The notes beneath the pieces were generated by a model. It saw only the letters and a program-made list of their open reading frames with translations, had not been told where the DNA came from and searched no databases. Positions 35,501 to 50,100 of a stretch of DNA of 64,000 nt are shown here, piece after piece. The DNA is from Blasia pusilla (lineage: Eukaryota), in contig CM114271.1 in the NCBI GenBank assembly GCA_050084515.1, positions 19,344,001-19,408,000 of the forward strand. The letters run 5' to 3'. The stretch's first letter is position 1. Each line of letters starts with the position of its first letter. Made by a program: the position numbers and the translations under genes.

Positions 35501-36163
35501 CCCACTCGAGGCAGGTGCGCGATTTCTTCCAACTATGGATCGACGGAGAGTGACGAGATCTTGGCGTTGGTTGACTCGAATAACCAAAGCTTAATATGCA
35601 CCGGTTCCGAAGGGAATAGGGGTTGCATGACTGAACTTCGTCGTCACCCGCCGCCCGCAATCAATGTCATCCACATGTAGTTTCCCCGACTCGATAGTTT
35701 AGCGACGCCATGTGCGATGAAAGGAAAAAATCATCGGAGAAACCTCCATCGCGGAAAAGGAAAGCGCGGCCATGTGTTTAGAGTAGACTTCGCGAGTCAC
35801 TTACTTACTTTCTGTTCCATTGGTATGAATCTAATACGATTTCCCACTTCCATTTTCCTGTGCGTCAAACTTTCCAGAACTCATAACAAACGAGGAAGGA
35901 ACGATCCACCGATCTTCGTAACTCACGCTGAACGCCACCCGCAAACATATTCCCGATGGAATAATGCCGATTTTGATTTGAACCTGGAATCGCGGGTTGA
36001 GTGCGAGAGCAGATACACTCCCCCTTTAGAAGATTAAAGCGACCATGAGTTCGGGGAGCCCTCGAGTCGGCCAGAAGTACCCGGTATCCTTTCAGGGTTC
36101 GAAGGTTCATGTGTCGTATACACATCCTAGGCATTAAATTCAATCCGAGTTTTGCAAAAGAAC

Positions 36164-36558
36164 AAAGATGCACTTCGATAAAAACGAGTGATGGAAAACC
36201 CTTCGTTATACCACACACTTGTGCCTATAATTGTTTGTAGGTTCTAACTTCTCGATTGAGTGATTGATTGAACAATATTAAACCACCCTCGTACCGACTC
36301 ACCATCACATGTGCAGTGTGCACTACTTGTGATGCCGACGCTTTCGTCGATGTTCGCGCTCTCAGTCCTTCGCGTATTCCCAGACGGAAGCGGGCGGGCC
36401 GGCGGGATCCCGCGGGGCCGACTATTTGGAGGGGGGGGGAATGCCCCCTTCTTCCTTTTCTGGTCCTGTTGTGGCCTTCAGGTTTTGACTCTTTGAGTCC
36501 CCCTCTTTTGTACTTCCGATGGGTTTTCCATCACTCGTTTTTATCGAAGTGCATCTTT
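36164..36558. repeat. Perfect 38-bp inverted repeat pair (36164-36201 / 36521-36558), 319-bp spacer
   Basis: AAAGATGCACTTCGATAAAAACGAGTGATGGAAAACCC and its exact reverse complement. Confidence 0.95.
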
Positions 36559-39500
36559 TCCTGACGGAAACGCAAAAGAGGGAGGAGACGGAAAACCCTC
36601 ACGCATGGCACAATATTCGCAGCAACTGCGCGCAGTGGCGGCGTCGATCTCCACCATCTCACGGCGCGGCGCGTTGGGCGCTAATTTGCCAGGCGGACTT
36701 TAGGGCCGTCTGGCGGTGAGAAACGCTACAGACAGACTCGTACGAGCGCGAAAAGCTTTAGACAACCCCGAAATCGCGCTAGACCATCTACCTCCCCTCC
36801 CCCTTCCGTCCGTTGTGTCCGCCCCCACCGAATCAACCGACTTACCGAACTCGCTCGCTCGGGCGGAGTCTGGGGCGGACCGACGAGCGGAGGAGAGCGG
36901 GGAGGGGAGGGGAGAAAAATAGACGAAATATACGAGAGGATAAAAAAAGAGAGAGAGGTGAGGTGAGGGGAGGTGGGGAACGGAGGGGTAGAGTGGAGTG
37001 GGGGAGTGATTGATGGGCGACGGAGTCACGGATCCATGACAGATTGACTGACGGAGGAGTGGGCCCTGGACGCGCAGGCCAGCAGCACAGCGGTGATGGC
37101 TCCCACCGCACCGGATCCCATCCCATGCGATGCCAGTGGTTCCAACGCTTTAGTGTTCAGGACGAGCGTCGTTTTGTTTGCAGTGCAATAAATCCTGGCG
37201 CAGGGAATTGTGAGTCTGCGGTAACTGCTCTGTTGGCAAAATTTGCGGGGACTGCCACTGAACAGTAGTGCGCGCGCAGGCTTGCTCGTAGTCGCCATGG
37301 TCAAGCCGCAGGAGCGCGCAGAAGGCCAGGCCAGCCTTCCCTTCGTCCCTTCCCAGCCAGCTAGCCAGCCAGCCAGCCAGCGACCGGGCGAGCGAGCGAG
37401 CTCAGCTTTAGGCTGACCGACTGTTCGTATGTCTGTCGATTGTGGTTCCCGATCGCGGTCGATCTATAACTATGAGTACATGCAGAGATACGGGAAAACT
37501 TTAAAACCAAAAGAAATAAAAAGATTATAAAAGTTCAGCGCCAGAAAGTCCTGGAGGATCCGATTAAAAAGAAGAAGATTTCCTTTAATCTTAAATCATA
37601 AATGGTTTAATTATTACGGGTATGCTATGAACTAGGAATGAGTGGTTCTTTACGCACAACACTCCAATTTGTATGTTTGTAGCATCATACGAAAACTGGC
37701 GAACGAGGTGGAAAGTATTAAACGACTGAATCTTCGTTGTGTGAAGGAGATAGACATACTTGAACATAAATGTACTTCGTAGGTGGTCAGGGTGGTGTTT
37801 TTCTTTTTTATTTGTCTTTTCTTTAAACCCAATTCATTCATGTTTTCTAACTCAGTTTTTTATGAAATCTATACTATTACCATACGAAGAGAATTCACCG
37901 CGTATCTTTTTGAATTGTGGCATGGATAGGGGAGGGGGCATTCAAGTAACCGGCCGTTATGGTGCACAGTCCTAACTAGTCAGAATTAATAGTCTACTTC
38001 CTAGCTTTTTTGTGAGTTCTTCAGTAGAAAACTCAGATTCCCAATTGTGACCGTGTTCTTGCGACCGCCATTCTCTAGGGATGTTATTAGCCCGTTTATC
38101 CGAGCTGAGGGAGATGAATCCATTCCGTAATCCTGACCTTCAATTGGGTTAAACGTACAACAAATTATATAGCAGGTGTCCTTAACAAGTTTAACAAGGA
38201 AATACATCTCTCGTTCGTTTGGGTTAAGCTTTATGGTATTGCATTGACCTGTAATTAAGTTAAGAAACTAAAAGTATTCCTAAAGTATAAAAAGACATAC
38301 ATATGGCTTGTTACATGTGAACAAGTTTTGCGTAAATTAGTGAAATACTATCAAGCGATTGTATGTGGAGTATTTTCTTCCCTTTAATTGTGGAAGTCAT
38401 AATGATTGATGACACGAAAAAATTATTCCAAATCATGCTGTGAATAGAAATCCTCTCCCTTGCCACTCCACATATTGAAGGGTATGCCCTCTTGCGGGAA
38501 AATGATTTCTTTTATATTTTTGAAATATTTTTCTAAATTTTGAAATAGAATTTTCTTCGTCTCAAATTTTAATAGCACTCCAATTCATGAAATATTAAAA
38601 TTTAAATAATTCCGAATCCCCTAAATAATTTCTTTCCTGGATAAAAATGTAAATAATATTTACTTTTTCCCTCAGCTCCTCCCAATAACTAAATCATTAG
38701 TTAATTTTAATTAATTAAATCATTTCCCTCTTTCATTCAAATTCATTTAAATTTTCCCTTCCCAAAATATCAAACATGAACCAAAGGAAATAATTCTAAG
38801 CTCGTTCCTATTTTTTCTTATTTTTTATATAGGATTTCCAATAATAATATAGACATCTACACTCCATTAATGTCCATTCCAAACACTTGGTTGGGTTAAG
38901 TCCCGAAAAACCAAAATATTATAATAAAGGTAAAAGTATGTTGTGGAAAGCCCAAATAATTTTACTACGAAAAATTCATAATTTTATATCTTTTCAATGC
39001 TACAACCAAACCAAAAAGGTTTACTTTAAGAGTGTCAAAACTTCTAGTAAGGAAATCTTAGAAAATTTGGTTGGGGTAGGGCAAAAAGAAAAGGTCATTA
39101 AGAAGCAAAATGTTTCAATAGTTGGACTACAAGATACCCATGACCAAAGGCCTCTACGCAAAAATCTCCACACTTGTACCTCCAAGAGACATAATGACAT
39201 GAAAATAAAACTTGAATTGAACTTTCATGAAAGAAGATTAGAACTTAACAGAGCCCAATATGATAAGGAAGCAATAGTTGAGTGAGGTTGCCTTAACTTG
39301 GCCTAAGAGAGAGTATCTAGATTCTATATGACATACAAACGAGGTTATTCACAAACTAAGTCTGTGTTAGCGAACATATCCAAGTCTATAGACCTATGTC
39401 CATCCCTAGGACGAACATGTTTGCATGGGCCTAGGTATCCGCATCCCATACCCCCGGCAAGGTTGACCTGGGCTTGGCCAGCCCGCACCTTGTCTATGAA

Positions 39501-42500
39501 CCGGTCACCTGCTTGCCAGCTCATGGCGGGTCCGTGCAAGCTACATGCAAGTCGATTCCTTCCCGGCTCCCTTAATTTGAGCCCGCACCCATTCTTGCGA
39601 CGCAAGCCGGTGCACGGGCCACTAGAATACTAAAAAACCCGAGATGGGGGACCTGTTGGGCATGTCTGTCCCATGGACAGACATGTATGTTCCCGTGTAA
39701 CCTTGCATGCGAATGTGTTCCCCTTGCATGGGAATGGAAGTAGCCAAGCTCAATCTTACAGCCTTGCTCCATGAGAATTGGGCTAATGAGGGAACATCAA
39801 ACTCACCCTTGCACAAGAGATTTTGTCTTAATAATAACCATACATTGGTTTCTAACTTGCATTTATAAATCAAGATACCTCTTTATGATTTATGGAAAGA
39901 AATCATAAAGATGTGTATTCCATTTATAAATCTTCAATCATCCATAAAAGAAGAGGACGCCGTCCTTCTTCTCAGAAATTACAATTTTAAAATTATAAAT
40001 GCAAGTTAGAAAATAATTTATCTTGATTAATAAAGATAGAAATGTGTCATTTTTAAAGCATGTGCTTTCGTGTTTTAAATTCTTTTCCTTTAATATTTTC
40101 CAAATTTCATACACTATCAATTTTCGAGAATAATCGAATGTGAATATCACCACTATTTTCAAGATCTTTGATGCTTTAAACTGTTTTCATCATAGTTGAC
40201 CACGCATAAGAACCCAAAGTCTATCTCTAAAGGGACGTTCCCCCTTCCTATTCGTCCCCGGATGGGTGTGTACTTGGGGTTGTTTACTCTTAGTTGAGTC
40301 CCTCCTTGTATTTCCGATGTGCTTCCCGTCTCTTCTTCTCAAGCTTCGTTCTGTTTTTGGGGAAACCAAAAAGAAAATTACAGTGATAACAAGCCCAAGA
40401 TCACCGACACCAACCAGGACAAACACTTGTAACCCATTTGCGGCACAAGCCGCTTCCACGAATCTCGAAATGAGTTCCTCCTGCCCCTAGTATTGCCCTT
40501 AGGATGGCGAAAAGGAGACGAGATTTGGAACGAACTCGGTTAGTGGTCAAACGATTCTCGGGCGGCGTTTCGCCCGTTTTGTGTGGTCACATCCAGAGCT
40601 CAGCAGTTCTGAAGCAAGAGAAGACTCAAAGAAAGTGACAAAGCCGGAGCACACTCTCTCTGTGCACTAACTATGTGGGCACATGTCCACTCTCCAGGAG
40701 TGAGTGGGTTGGCGAGGCTAACAGGAAATAAATGGATTGATTGAGTCCCAGTGAGTGATTCTCGCGTCGCAGAGTGAGTGGTTGCTGGGCAGTGGCAGAG
40801 GTCGTTCCCGCCGGGAGCCCCTGAGCTAATGGTGTGAGTGAGTGAGTGTGTGAGTGAGTGAGACTACTGAGTGACGAATGCCAAGTCAAACTGTATCTCG
40901 GGACCGAAATCAGACATGCGGCCCAGAAGGTGGATATAGAGGAGGACTCTGAAGAGTCCAGGCCTGACTGCGGATCCCCCTGAAGCACGTACGAGTGTAC
41001 GTAAGGAAAACAAAGTCTAAAATCGTCAGTGGCAACCGTATCCAGTCCGAAGGTGACAACAAAGATGCAGTAGGACTTACACATTGCGGGGATCGAGTGG
41101 ATAACCCGAGTTGCGCTCCCCCCACCACACCCCACACACGGATGCTCGATCACAGCTTCTGGTTATTTAGGTGGAACTCGAGCAATCCGTGAACCCTGAG
41201 GGTAAATGCTGGTCAGGTCTGTGAAGGCAGAGGACAGAGATTATTCGTTCGACGAAGCATGCACAAGTAGGAGGGTAAGGAAGCTCAAGAGTTTCCAGTT
41301 TCAGCTGAAAATAGTGGGAAAACTGTAGGTGGCATGCGAGAGCCACGGGATAATGAACAGTTGTGGATCGCATAGTAGTTCAACAAGTGGATGAGGCATC
41401 GCATATGCAGTGGTCATTCACTTCTTGCCATTCATCGTTCGCGGAAACCTCACAAAATCAGAGAGTTAGTCGTCACTGAACGCGTGCTAACTCTGGAGAA
41501 AAACCAGAGGCGTAGGAACGGCTCATGGGCACACGGTGTCCACGATTGATCGGAATATTCTGCAGTTCGACTCTGCCAGTGTTGAAGCTCAAGTTGCTCC
41601 AGATTCAGCCGTCCTGGCAAGAAAACTCGCAAGCATGTGACTGGAATTACCACGACAGATCAACCAGGCGAAACAATCAGGAGCTTAACGGCAGAGGTTA
41701 AGTTTGCTTGAGTTAATTTCGGAAAATTCTGGGTACTTGAACCCCAAAAAAACAACAAAAAAGAGGAGAAAACAAAAGGAACACGATAGAGGTGGAGGAC
41801 AGAGAGAGCACATGTGAGAGACAGGTAATTGACAGGAATATTGTGCAGTTCGAAGTTGTTAAGTTGAAGACCAATGGGCTTTGTCTTCAGCTGTAGGAAA
41901 CCAAAGGAATCTTGATTATGTCAATGACCTACCGGATTTGCAAGCGGACAAAGAGCAAAAGAGCCCTGAACACATATCATGACGACTGGATTTGTTGTAC
42001 ACGGAGCATGTTGAATTTGAACAGTAGGTCCACCTCCAGCTCAAGGATGGTTTAGGACAGGGTACTTAGTTTCTTCAGTGACTGGCATTACTCGTTTCGT
42101 TGAAGACGAGCCATTACCATTAGGGCAAAGTAAAGTCGAGATAGAAATACCCGGATGGAGGATAAGCACATGGTCGACGCCGTTCATGTAGGAACATTCT
42201 GCAGTTTGAAGTTCGTAAGGGAGATTACTTGGATTTGGCTTCCGCAGTAGGTCTGGTAAGAACATTTAAAGTTGAGAGCCAACTGCCGACCAAACGAACA
42301 TGAGGATTGACTCGAGCGGCCGTTTGCGGAGTGCAGTGCCCATCCAAAGGGGGAAAAAAAGGTGAAACAGATGAACAGTGAGTGGATTGCAATTGAATCT
42401 CGAGTGGGGCTTTGGTCCACTCTTGAGATGCGCCCCTTTGCGATGGGGGAAGTCAAAAAAGAGTGATCGAGTTCCAACTGTAGAGAGGAAGAAACACGAG

Positions 42501-43546
42501 AACTCGAAGGAGGAACTCGAGGCAGAGTCCGACCCTAAATGGATAGTTGAGAGGATTATTGCGCAGATCGAAGTCGATACGGAATCTTAAGTGGATTTGG
42601 TTTCCCTCGTATCGTAAAGTAAGATTTTTCATCAAAGAATACGAGTTTCATCTGTCCCCGTAGTGATCGAATAGGCGCATTAGTGGAAGGACCTGAATGT
42701 CCAGAGGGATTCACGCCGTTCAATCAGTCCTCTCGCTAATATCCCAAGAGACCGTAAGTGAAGGCCTCGTGAGTACCGCCGGCGAAAATCGACCAATGAA
42801 TCACGACAAGGCGTCCAATTTGAAGAAGGGTTCTGACCCCTTCGATTTCTTCGAGCTCGGACTTACAGGGAAAAGGAGAGAAGTTGAAGGCAGTAAGACG
42901 TTAAGGCACATCAAGAGAGGCGCATGTGCGGTGACAATCTGGTGGATAGACGCGACAAAATCACAGTTGTAGAACACTGTGCTGAAGAACAGTGCGCGGT
43001 GGGAAGATAATCATCCCCCAGAAAAGTTAAGGCGTAAGGGAAGGTGGAGATCGTGAGATCCAGAGGTAACTAACTCGTCGAGGCTAATCAAGAGAAGCGC
43101 ATGTGACGATCGATGCGATCGCAGGAATTGAACAGTGTCCGGTGGAAATAGATTTACATAGAAGTGGCGGACTCGTGATTTACGACGCAGTGCATGTTCC
43201 CCGGTACACTGGCAACGATAGCTTCTTCCGAATCGTCCGAGTGGAGAAGATTGATTTTTGTGAGGCGAGAGTTCGGAGCTCCGGGGGGTAAATCCACGCG
43301 GAAACATTGCATTGATTGGAAGGAGGAAAGCTAGGTCGATCGGGTGATGAGATGGCACCTCGATTGCAGAGTGATCACAAAAGTAATCTACTACTCCTGT
43401 CGGGGTCGAATCCCGACCACCAGACTTCAATCCAAAACCAAAAACCCTGACGGTAGGGGTGTTGGGAGACCCGGGAGTGACGGGCTGAACGATCGAGACA
43501 GACGGATAGAGAGGGCAGAGACCCATGTGGTCATCCGTTGTGACCC

Positions 43547-43547
43547 G

Positions 43548-43591
<44 letters not shown>

Positions 43592-43598
43592 GCTGCTG
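43547..43598. repeat. (TTG)n/(CTG)n trinucleotide microsatellite
   Basis: Read directly. Confidence 0.95.
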
Positions 43599-44938
43599 CA
43601 TCATCGGCCGTTCGGAATTTAGCGCTCTTTCCTTTTCAGAGCCAGCATATGTGAGAATTGAGGTGAAGCAGCGGCATGCGGCTCGCGTCCGTTCGGCTCA
43701 ATCATGGGCTGGAGGGGCACCGGAGGCTAATTCATCAGCGTGTCGACAACGCACGGGATAAGTTTTATTCGTTGACTGCCCCGATCCAAGTGTCACAATT
43801 CCCCAGACGCGACTACAGTACATTTGACTCAATCGACTGTGTGGCCGTGTGATTGGGGCCTGCAAGTGGTTGTCTTCTTTTGTTGGGGGATTCTCGCTCG
43901 TCCATCCGAAGATCCCATGCTGGCCTCGTGAACGACTGACTGTCTGCAGAGAGTTTTCCTTTATGAATATGGGTACAATTCAATGACGACGCAGCAAGAT
44001 TCCAGAAACAGATCATTCAATCGCCACAGTACCATGGCCGAGACCAGGTTTTGGATGTTGCGGTGGTGGAAGACTTCGCGCGCATGCAGAGCTTTCCTTC
44101 GAGCGCGGGTTCATGAGGCTTGTGCGCTTTTCACGCATGAGATTCCTAGAGGTAGAGTCAATCGAAAGCATCGACTCTGGAGACAGGGGACAGACACTTT
44201 TGCTCTCGCGGCAACACTCGCGTCATTCGCGTGCATGCTTCTAGTAGTTTCTTTTTCATCAGACACATCGATTTGCGATGATTGAAACACGGCTTTCTCG
44301 TCCGTCTTGGTGCCTGTGCTCGTCACACCAGTTGCGAACACCGCCGGCTGTGGGAAAATTCCCCGATCCACACCTCCGAGTTCCCTCTGGTTGGTATCCC
44401 GTTACTGATCAATGTGCGGTGATTAGAACTCGACGGGTAGCTTTGTCCTCCTAGCTGCGCGTATGCGCGCGCGTGGGTGTTGGCGTGTTTTGCCAGTGTA
44501 GGAAGTATCAGGGACGAGATCACCACATTCACGGGTTTTACTTTTCGTGTTCGTGTTTCATGCGACACATCGATTTGAGGAAACACAACTCCAACTTTTT
44601 CTTGATACTTGTGCACCCACACTGGTCGCATGTTTCACCACATGCCGGAAGGAACCTAGAGGATCTCTCACCACATTCGTAGACCTACTTTGGTTCCGAG
44701 AAAGTGATTCCAACTCAATTCCGCCCACCGCGGCTGCCATAGGCCCGGGCACAGGTGCGGACTTCCATGATCCACTGTGGCTAGCTTGCACTGCCCTGAG
44801 CGCGCACAGGTTTCAATCCTTGTCGTGTCTTTTGGAACAGTTTATTGAAAGCGATTATCATTACCGCCCGAAGCTCCTGACAAAGAGCTTGATCCTAAAG
44901 AGCCTGCTGTGCAGGCACCGACCTCTCCACGGCGGTGT

Positions 44939-44967
44939 GAAGAAGAAGAAGAAGAAGAAGAAGAAGA
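44939..44967. repeat. (GAA)n microsatellite
   Basis: Read directly. Confidence 0.93.
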
Positions 44968-45675
44968 TCCTACCCAAGTCCCACACGGCGCGGAGCTCCA
45001 AACATTGCAGTCACTGCACTGCTGCTGGGCTCCGCTCCTCTCCTCTCCTGACAGCGGGTGACAACACTTCAGTCCACTTGATCTGCCGCGGGTTTATGTT
45101 CAGGAAATTTAGTCCCGTAGGGCTTCCTAGGTGCACGCACGGAGGGACGATCCCGGAGATATGCCGCTGCACAGAAAGCATGTTTGTGACACGAATATCC
45201 ACGCACACAAAGGCAGAACGCTTTCGGGGATTCATCGACGAACAAGATCTCCTCAAAACGTCCCTCCTTTTGCATTCATATGAGTCTATGATCTGTCTGC
45301 ACCGACTTCACGCAATTTCCAATGCCCTGCTGGTAATGCCAGAATGTTAAAGTAATCTCGCGGCCTCCGGCCTCTCTACGATTTCCGGGAGGCTGATTGA
45401 AAGTACAAGTCTCTCAGAAACTAATAATCTTCTTTAGAAACGACAGTCTTTTCTATCTCTCTTCTTCTCTCTGGGCTATGCTTAGACTGCTGCTGCTGCT
45501 GCTACTGCTCTGTCGGTTCTGATCTAGGACTGCAATCTGAAGCCCGTCCGTCTAATCCACGGAAGAGGCGCCACGAAGGTTACTTCGTTGTCTCAGAACT
45601 GCGTCTCTGCTTAGAAGCAGCCAATAAAAAAATCTCGATCGATCGACCGATCGAGCAATCATGCTGCAGGGTTTC

Positions 45676-47184
45676 TCAGAAATTCCCCACGGTTTCGAAG
45701 GTCTGACCGAACTGCCAGTCTGGCGGAGCGACTTCCGAGCCCTCAATCATCCGCCCGTTGCCTATCGTCACTCGGAAGGAGAGCGCTTGGCCCAGCAACT
45801 TCTCTCTGGCTTCCCAGATCTGGCCCCAGTTCCGCCTCATCGCTATCCACTCTGTTCCGTTGCCCTTGATGGCCATTGAAACCACATCCCCTCCATCGCC
45901 AACGTTGTACACCAGCACCATATTGAACCAAGAGTTCCCGTTGACTGTGAACCGAATCCCTCCCACCCGAGAGCACGCTACCCTGTCACCAACCTCACGC
46001 TCTGCCATCAATTCACCAGATCTTCAACATCCGCAATGGATCGATCCATCGATCATCACCACCTGATTTCCTAAATTCGTTTCATTTCTTCCCGGCTTCA
46101 ATTCAAATCTCATCTAGTGTCATGAATGTCTCGCTGGAGCATCTCTCACTGAAGTTTATGTCGCATATCTGAGAATCCTGGCCTCCTCTTCTACTTGACA
46201 ACGATGTGTGCCTCGTGCCATAGCGGGGATTGACTCTTTCCCTTGTGCACCTACGCTGCTTTTGCCATGAAATCCTGACCGACGATACGGACCTATAAGG
46301 TGAACTTCTGACAGGAAGATGCTCTACCTGCGGTACAGAACTTCGATGATGCCTGCCACTGGATCCGCGAGGCGATCGAACATGGGGTATGACACGTCGA
46401 AGTGAGTCCGGGGAGGATTGCACCAGCCATCGGTGGGCCTATCCGAGTTCGGAGGACAATTGTTAGTTGCGGTGATGATTATGGAGCCAGAAGTCGCATT
46501 GCACCACCTCGATCCGCGCTCGGCCTCCAAATTGCACTTCAGCTCGAAACAGGCACCGCAGGAGTACCCGCCGTTGAACAAGGTATTACTCAGAGCAGCG
46601 GTGTTCGTGCCATAGCCTTGCGAGTAGAGATTTCCGTACCCACACGCGCCTCCTGCGTGCGCAACCGATAGATATCCTGGCCTGAGAAGTGTCGCAAACA
46701 AAAAGACTGCTGCTTCCCCATTCATGGTCAAGTGCTTCCGGTGCGTCAGCGGTCAGTATTCAGCAACCCCCGCATCTTCCTCATTTAATTTAAACAACAA
46801 GTACGATATCGGCAGCAACGTCCCAGGGAACCACGTAGAATCAATCACGACATCATTCTGGTTCAAAATCTCTACGCAGACAATTAATGGAGGACCAGGA
46901 ATTCAGGACCCAAAGAGTCAACCGATCGATGGGTTTGTTCGACGGGTGTCGCTAAATTGAATGCTGCTGATGTACGTACAGCGGGGATCATGAAATGAGA
47001 AACTGCTGTGGAAAGCGAAAACTTGTGTACCCATGGTTCCCGATGCGTCACTCCCACCGTAGAATGTAGCGTGGGAATCGCTCCAGTTCGTAAGGGCCCA
47101 TGGCATTGAGTTCTGCCCAGTCACAAGTCCCCCCCAGAACCAGATCAGCGCTATGGTGGTCTCAGTAAGCAGTCTTAAAGTCAT
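45676..47184 (-). CDS. EXPA: Alpha-expansin, 261 aa; exons 47184-47031, 46652-46328, 45982-45676
   Basis: MTLRLL... signal-peptide-like start, [75 protein letters not shown] introns at the same positions and phases as the first expansin; open 786-nt frame. Confidence 0.96.
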
Positions 47185-50100
47185 CTTTACTAAATTCTCT
47201 GGATCTGCAAAAATGACACAAGGCAAGCTGTTAACTAGAGAACTCGCAGCAGCTGCGCGACTTCCGTCGAGATTTGCTCCCATGTGAAGGACTCTTGAGA
47301 TTTCACGACGTTTTGTGTGAGAGACGAGTACACTTATCGATCCGTTGCTCATTGCCCAAAGCCAAGGTTCTCGCTGATACGGAGATGGGAAGAAAGAGTC
47401 GAGGTGGACATGGGGAGAATTGAAGGCGGGGAAACAAACCCTTAGGCGTAATTGGGCTGGATAATCATAACTGCTCTATAAGTTGAACTTCTTCTTCAAG
47501 TAGCACGCCTCATCAAACCCCCTTGGATTACGAGGACTGCGAATTGGTACTCAATGAACCATCGCTCAAAACATCCGTCACTTACCGACGGATGAGAAAG
47601 AGTCAATCTGGAAGCGTGATCAAATCAACCGTTCCAGTCTACACATCACACCGTCTAAAACCATGTCAACATAGAGAACAATTCAAGGAAGAGAGGCAAC
47701 TCGTACGAACTCGTGTGGACGTAGTAGACGAGCCCACTCACATTAGTTAGTCTCCCTCGTCCTCACAAAAACGTCCAACAAAATAGATTTTTCCGAGGTC
47801 TGTCCGACTTGTGCGGTCGTTCTCAGGGCAACAGAGAGAGCAGAAGACTTCGAATGCATTAGTTCGGAAAAATCTTAAGCTTAAGAACATTCTCGCGGGG
47901 CGCTTATGGCTACTTTTCCATGGAGTTGCGATTCCAAACCACACTGAGTCGCCATCCGCCCCAGAACCGGCAACGTGCTGCGTCGATTTCACGCGGTGTT
48001 ACATCAAGCGCCTGTCCAAGGGGGGCGGCTTTGCAGATTACTTCTCGGGAAAGTACGGGCCACCGGCTTTACATTCACTTTCGTGTGGCAACGGTGTGAA
48101 AGATAATCTAGGGATCATGAAACTTCCGACATTTGCAGCCAGTCAGGTCATCCGGGAGCTTGCCGCTCTCGAAAGGAACCATCACATCCCATGGAACAAT
48201 TTGGAACGAAGTTCTGATGAAGCATCTATTTGATCGATCGATCTTAGGGGACGGTTGCTCCACGTCTGCGTCGCACCTTTCGTACATCTACTGGCTCAAT
48301 AGGTCGGGGGTTGCATATGTTAGTCTCCAGTACTGCTACCTCCGCGCGTCACATCGTTTCCTCGAATTCGGTCAGTGGGCTCGATCAGACCCGTGACTGT
48401 CACAATCCCGAGCTCGATGACCGCGTGAGACTCCTCGCGCCTGTTCATCCTCCTCGGGTTTCATCAGGCGAGGAAGGTAAGAGTAGAGTCAAGCAGGGAG
48501 GAGTACTCGGGCAAACTGAAGTGCACAGGACCGGATTGGAACCCACGACCAGCTCGGTAGCAGGGAACTCAATCGCTGACAGTGAAATGATCATCGATCT
48601 CCTCTGAGGGCTGGTAAACCCGCATTGTTTCACGATTTCTTAATCCGTGTCCTGTCACAAGCCCAAACCCTAAACCCAGGGTTTTAATGTTTCTCAAATT
48701 CCACCTTCATCAAGGTCGGGACAGGCTTACGACGCTCTGAAGAATTCGTCCTCGAGACTGTTGATTTCAAGTGCAATAAGTGGAAAGCGACGGCAATCCC
48801 GATCGCCAAAGGCGACAGCATTCTGCCTTTGGGGAGACTGTCAGTGTCGGTCGGTGATCTTCATTTATGGCCGGCGGATTTCGACTTTGACGGCGGTCTA
48901 TGCAGACTCCATTCACAACATATATACGAACAAGAACTATCCACTCTAGTCTTGTGTGATCGCTCTCGCGAAACAACTTTTTTGCAGTGCGCCGCTGCGG
49001 ACAGTTGTGTCGGTCTCGTATTAATCGCCATTCACATGTACGAACACCATCCACGTCTGTCATGTTTCATTGCTCTCGTTAAAAGCGTGGATTGGAAGTG
49101 CACCAGTCTCCAGAGCCGTGTAGCACGAGAATTGAACTCCGGAGTCTGGACAATTCCACCAGAGAGGTCAGAAATGGAGCTGAGGCGATCGGTCAATAGC
49201 TCCCATCGGAGTTCAAGTACCGTGACATGTACGTTACTCGACTGTCGGATCGTTTCCCGCAGTCAGATATCACATGGCTATTCGCGCTTTTCGACATCTT
49301 CTTTTGGTTTCGTTTCGACGTTTTGGGATTCAGAGCAAATATCATTTTCTCATGAGATACCTTCTCTCTCCCTCTCCTCGCCCCATTCGTCATGCGCTTG
49401 GAGGACGAGAATGTTCCTCACTAGTGTTCTCCACGTGGAAACGTGACTTACACAGCGGAGCTCTTCCCATCCATCTGGTGTGCTTCAGTTGTGGTCCTTG
49501 TTTGATTTGGGTTAGTCCCCATTCGCCGACTCCTCTAGTATTCCCTCGTGCTTTTTTTCTATGCGTTCTTTCGAAGGATTCAAAAGTATTGCGTTTAATG
49601 CCTCGTGCAATGCACGGCAAATAATTACACTCTTTTTTTAATATATTTTTAAATAAGGATGGTCGTGTGTATGAATAGGAAAAATTTTATAGAAACAGGT
49701 TGATTGACACCCTTAGAATGTATTGTTTCTTTACTTATTAATAATCCAAAGCAGTGATCCAAATTTTCTTTTTAAACGTACGCACAAAAAGTTTTATTTT
49801 TATTTTTTTTTTTATTTTTTTATTTCGATGAAAGAGATTCCAAGGATACTAACATACCTTAGTAGTTAATCTACCATGTAAGTTTGAAGAGCTCTTACGA
49901 TCAAACTAGTACTTTGGCATGGTTATTGTCTTTCTTTTTCACATGAATTATAAGGAAATGCCTTATTTTTTCCTAAGTTTTAAGGGAGACCGAAAATCTT
50001 CTTATCTCCATTTGGAAGCTATACTTCTAGCCCCAAATACTTCTATGATGTTCCTAATTTTTTATATTCTTTCACTTTTTGTGTTTTTTAACGGATAGAA

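Noticed and set aside
41797-41810. GACAGAGAGAGCAC resembling miR156/529 or its target
   Set aside because: Only a partial, gapped match in GA-rich sequence, with no supporting hairpin or SPL coding context.
43011-43604. 197-aa polyQ ORF
   Set aside because: The polyQ comes from a (TTG)n repeat; the remainder has no recognisable motif or splice support.
44547-45350. 267-aa ORF with poly-K
   Set aside because: Non-ATG start, microsatellite-derived lysines, no recognisable domain; lies antisense just downstream of the second expansin.
48520-48590. tRNA-like T-arm on the minus strand (GGTCGTGGGTTCCAATCC); similar stem at 43400-43416
   Set aside because: No D-arm, anticodon arm or acceptor stem could be folded; at most a SINE remnant.
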